DNA from: Thermoleophilia bacterium
GTDB lineage: Bacteria > Actinomycetota > Thermoleophilia > Miltoncostaeales > Miltoncostaeaceae
Assembly: GCA_050249835.1 (NCBI GenBank)
Contig: JBFWPT010000003.1
Coordinates: 91,878-155,877, forward strand
Length of the DNA: 64,000 nucleotides
Direction: 5' to 3'
Part shown: positions 60,931 to 64,000 of the stretch, one piece after another
How positions within the stretch are numbered: the stretch's first letter is position 1
Layout: every line of letters begins with the position of its first letter
Notes under the pieces: generated by a model
Told to the model about the DNA's origin: nothing
What the model saw: the letters and a program-made list of their open reading frames with translations, nothing else
Database searches by the model: none
Translations under genes and position numbers: made by a program

Positions 60931-61603
60931 CCGCCGCGAGCTCGGCGGCGCGGGAGAGCTGGGGGATGTGGCCGGCGTCGAGCTCGGCGACGGTGCCCGC
61001 GTTGGCGGCCATCCGCCGCTGCAGCGCCGGCGAGAACACGAGGTCCTGCGTCGTGAGGACGTAGGTCGTCGGCCGGCCACGCCAGCCGATCGCCGTCGGC
61101 GCCTCGCCGAACACCGACAGCCGGTGGGTGCCGAGGGCGGCGATGACCGGGTCGGCCGTCTCCTGGCTCACGTCGTTGAACAGCACCCGCTTGGCGCCGG
61201 CCGGGTCGAGCGTGGAGAGGCCGTCGTCGGTCGCGCGGATGATCTCGCCGATCGTGCTCGGCACCGGGTCCTCGGCCATCATCCCGCCGGTCGACTGGCC
61301 CTCCTCGGGCATGATCGCGCAGACGTAGACCAGCCCCGCCACGCGGTCGCCCGCCGCCGCGGCCGCCTCGGTGACCGGGACGCCCGAGTAGGAGTGGCCC
61401 ACCACCACGGCGGGCTCCGCCAGGGCGTCCAGGCCGGCGCGGATCGCGGCCGCGTCGTCGGCCATCGAGCCGGCGCCGGCCTCGGCGCACGGCAGGTCGA
61501 TCGCCGTGCTCGCGATCCCCAGCTTCTCCAGCTCCGCCTGCACGAAGCCCCACGCCCAGCCCTTCGCCCAGGCCCCGTGCACCAGCAGCACCGGCGCGCT
61601 CAT
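60908..61603 (-). CDS. alpha/beta hydrolase
   Basis: VLLVHGAWAKGWAW ... VVVGHSYSG nucleophile elbow ... DAGHIP. Confidence 0.88.
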   Translation of the reverse strand: MSAPVLLVHGAWAKGWAWGFVQAELEKLGIASTAIDLPCAEAGAGSMADDAAAIRAGLDALAEPAVVVGHSYSGVPVTEAAAAAGDRVAGLVYVCAIMPEEGQSTGGMMAEDPVPSTIGEIIRATDDGLSTLDPAGAKRVLFNDVSQETADPVIAALGTHRLSVFGEAPTAIGWRGRPTTYVLTTQDLVFSPALQRRMAANAGTVAELDAGHIPQLSRAAELAAVIARAAA

Positions 61604-61726
61604 CGCTCCCCCCTCGGTCGTCGGTTCCCCCGCCCGACCCTACGTACCCGGGGGGAGCCCGGCTCACCGGCGCGGTTCGGGCCCGGCGCGAGCGGGGACC
61701 ACTCCGGGGACGAGGGAGGGGGACGA

Positions 61727-62311
61727 ATGGCGAAGGTCGCCGTCATCTACTACAGCGCCACCCGGCACGTGCACCGGCTGGCGGAGGCCGTCGAGGAGGG
61801 CGCCCGGTCGGCGGGGGCCGAGACCCGGCTGCGCCACGTCGAGGAGACCGCACCGGCGGAGGCGATCGCCGCGAACGAGGAGTGGGAGGCCCACGTGGCC
61901 GAGATGGAGGGGCGCCCGACCGCGACCCTCGACGACCTGAGGTGGGCGGACGCCTACGTCCTCGGGACGCCGACCCGCTTCGGGAACATGGCGTCCCAGC
62001 TCGGGGCGTTCATCGACACCACGGGCGGCCTCTGGGCCGAGGGGGCGCTCGCCGACAAGGTGGCCGCCGGGTTCACGAGCAGCCAGAACGCGCACGGCGG
62101 CCAGGAGTCCACGCTCCTCGCCCTGCACGCGACCTTCCACCACTGGGGGGCGATCGTGGCGGCGCCGGGGTACACGAGCGAGCGGGGCCTGGCGGCCGGC
62201 GGCAACCCCTACGGCGCGAGCAGCGTGCAGGCGCCGGACGAGGCCGAGCTCGACTGGGCGCGGTACGTGGGGGAGCGGGTCGCGACGATCGCGGGGCGCC
62301 TGGCCGGATAA
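61727..62311 (+). CDS. wrbA: NAD(P)H:quinone oxidoreductase, WrbA type
   Basis: MAKVAVIYYSATRHVHRLAE ... GTPTRFGNMASQL ... SSQNAHGGQESTLL. Confidence 0.88.
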   Translation: MAKVAVIYYSATRHVHRLAEAVEEGARSAGAETRLRHVEETAPAEAIAANEEWEAHVAEMEGRPTATLDDLRWADAYVLGTPTRFGNMASQLGAFIDTTGGLWAEGALADKVAAGFTSSQNAHGGQESTLLALHATFHHWGAIVAAPGYTSERGLAAGGNPYGASSVQAPDEAELDWARYVGERVATIAGRLAG

Positions 62312-62320
62312 CCTCGGCCC

Positions 62321-63319
62321 GTGCGGGTCGCGGTGTACCACGGCGAGGGGCGGATCACCCTGGAGGAGGCCCCGGAGCCGGTGGCCGGCCCGGGGGAGCT
62401 GCTGGTGCGCATGACCGCCTGCGGCCTCTGCGGCAGCGACCTCATGACCTGGTACCAGGACCCCCGCGCACCGGTGGTGCTGGGCCACGAGCCCGTGGGG
62501 GTGGTGGTGGCCGCCGGCCCCGGTGCGCCGATCGCACCCGGAACCCGGGTCCACATCCACCACCACGTCCCGTGCATGACCTGCGCGCTCTGCCGTGCGG
62601 GCCGGCACACGCTCTGCGACACCTTCCGGGCGACCCGCATCGACCCCGGCGGGCTGGCCGAGGTCATCCGCGTGCCCGAGCCCAACGCACGCCTGGACAC
62701 CCTCGTGCTGCCCGACGACCTGCCGCACTGGGTTGCGACCCTCGTCGAGCCGCTCGGATGCGTGATCCACGGGCAGCGCCTGGCGGGGGTGGCGCCGGGG
62801 TCGCGGGTCGCGGTGGTGGGGGCGGGCGGGATGGGGCTGCTCGAGATCGCCGCGGCGCGGGCGGCCGGCGCCGTCGCGGTCGCGGCCCTCGACCCGCGCG
62901 AGGACCGCCTCGGCGCGGCCCGGGCGATGGGCGCCGCCACGCCGGAGCCGTTCGCCGGGGCCGTCCACGAGGCCCTCGGCGGCCCGGCCGACCAGGTCTT
63001 CGTCTGCACGTCCTCCGCGGAGGCCATCGCCTCGGCGCTCCCGCTCGCCGGCCCCGGGGGCGTGGTGCAGCTCTTCGCGCCGCCCCGCCCCGGGACCCTG
63101 GTCCCCCTCGACCTGGGGGCCGCCTTCTTCCGCGAGGTCACGATCCAGTCGACGTACTCCGCGGGGCCCCTCGACACCCGCGACGCCCTGGCCCTCTTGG
63201 TGGCCGGGGCCGTGGACGCCGGGGCGATCATCACCCACCGGGTCCCCCTGGACCGGGTCGTCGAGGCCTTCGACCTCGCCCGCTCCGGCACCGCCACGAA
63301 GGTGGTCGTCGAGCCCTAG
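62321..63319 (+). CDS. zinc-dependent alcohol dehydrogenase (MDR family)
   Basis: CGLCGSDL, GHEPVG, structural-Zn CMTCALCRAGRHTLC, VVGAGGMGLL. Confidence 0.92.
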   Translation: MRVAVYHGEGRITLEEAPEPVAGPGELLVRMTACGLCGSDLMTWYQDPRAPVVLGHEPVGVVVAAGPGAPIAPGTRVHIHHHVPCMTCALCRAGRHTLCDTFRATRIDPGGLAEVIRVPEPNARLDTLVLPDDLPHWVATLVEPLGCVIHGQRLAGVAPGSRVAVVGAGGMGLLEIAAARAAGAVAVAALDPREDRLGAARAMGAATPEPFAGAVHEALGGPADQVFVCTSSAEAIASALPLAGPGGVVQLFAPPRPGTLVPLDLGAAFFREVTIQSTYSAGPLDTRDALALLVAGAVDAGAIITHRVPLDRVVEAFDLARSGTATKVVVEP

Positions 63320-63442
63320 CGGCGCCACTCTCCCGGTTGGACCGCGTGCCGGGTTCCAAGTGGAACACTTCGCCGAAAGGCCTGCACAGAGGCCGTTCCG
63401 CTCGTCCCGGATCCGGCGCCGCGGGACCCCTCCGACGCCCCG

Positions 63443-63808
63443 TCAGGCGGGGGGCCGGCCCCGTGACACGAGGGCCGTGCAGAGGAAGCCCAGGTCCTCG
63501 TCGCCGAGGGCCGTGAGCTGGTGCTCCTCGCCCGAGGCGACGAAGACGGCGTCGCCCGGGCCGACGTCGGCCACCTCGTCGCCGAGGAGCACGGAGGCGC
63601 GGCCGTGGAGCACCAGGATCGCGTGCTCGTGGGGGTGGCTCTCCCGCGCGGATGCCCCGCCGGCCGGGATGCGGAAGTACCGCATCTCGACGTCGCGGGC
63701 GCCCTCGCCGGCGCCGATCAGCGTATGCCGCTCGGCGCCCGAGGAGTAGGCCCGCGGCGCGACGCCGTCCCAGGCCCACTCCCCGGTCCGGCGCCGCACG
63801 AGGCCCAC
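63443..63808 (-). CDS. cupin-domain protein
   Basis: ESHPHEHAILVLHGRASVLLGDE ... GDAVFVASGEEHQL. Confidence 0.8.
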   Translation of the reverse strand: MGLVRRRTGEWAWDGVAPRAYSSGAERHTLIGAGEGARDVEMRYFRIPAGGASARESHPHEHAILVLHGRASVLLGDEVADVGPGDAVFVASGEEHQLTALGDEDLGFLCTALVSRGRPPA

Positions 63809-63835
63809 GCGGTCCCCTTCGGCCTCAGCCGGGGC

Positions 63836-64000
63836 TCACCCGGTCACCGCCGGCTGCTGCGGCCCCGGCCGCCCGAGGAGGCGGGTGCGCGTCCGGTCGG
63901 TCACCCGCGACGCGTTCGTCGCGACGGCGATCCCCTGGGGGGCGCGCACGGAGCCGGCCGGGCCGAGCAGGCGGAGGCGGAAGCACACGGTGCGGGTGCG
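63836..64000 (-). CDS. partial CDS (C-terminal 54 codons), unknown product
   Basis: Open to the window edge; almost every third position G/C; ends TGA 63836-63838; not in the track. Confidence 0.35.
   Translation of the reverse strand, partial: RTRTVCFRLRLLGPAGSVRAPQGIAVATNASRVTDRTRTRLLGRPGPQQPAVTG

Overview
High-GC chromosome segment (most 60-nt lines I hand-counted are above 70% G+C), probably Actinomycetota: F420/LLM enzyme, PPK2, several apparently leaderless genes. About 80 tightly packed genes, often with ATGA/GTGA stop-start overlaps. Many long ORFs in the track are Arg/Pro/Gly-rich shadow frames and were discarded. Housekeeping genes: typA, mutS2, ppk2, birA, clpP, an HtrA-like protease, a FEN-type 5'-3' exonuclease and several small regulators (MarR, TetR, PadR, ArsR). 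The main structural feature is a 14.5-kb island (21757-36332). It is bracketed by a perfect 46-bp direct repeat of the 3' part of tRNA-Arg(UCU) and carries a tyrosine integrase at its right end. Related 12-bp tandem repeats sit in both arms and are candidate arm-type Int sites. The cargo has no transfer or virion genes. It includes an HNH nuclease coupled to a region-2-only sigma ORF, two lower-GC single-TM proteins, a tandem DUF1990 protein, and a membrane-protein pair. It also carries an orphan three-gene cassette: SbnA-like PLP enzyme, FAD/NAD(P)-binding protein and type-III PLP decarboxylase. Outside the island: a 926-aa secreted protein fusing an adhesin-like stalk (four 112-aa repeats) to a class F sortase domain; tandem APC-permease::Usp paralogues with a hidden 59-codon ORF and two TrkA genes; twin CAAC-N6-GTTG palindromes upstream of a lone clpP; a 46-aa Cys/His-rich metallothionein-like ORF; and a ~700-bp unexplained intergenic region. 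No rRNA or CRISPR array was seen. All family names come from motif recognition by eye and need HMM/BLAST confirmation.
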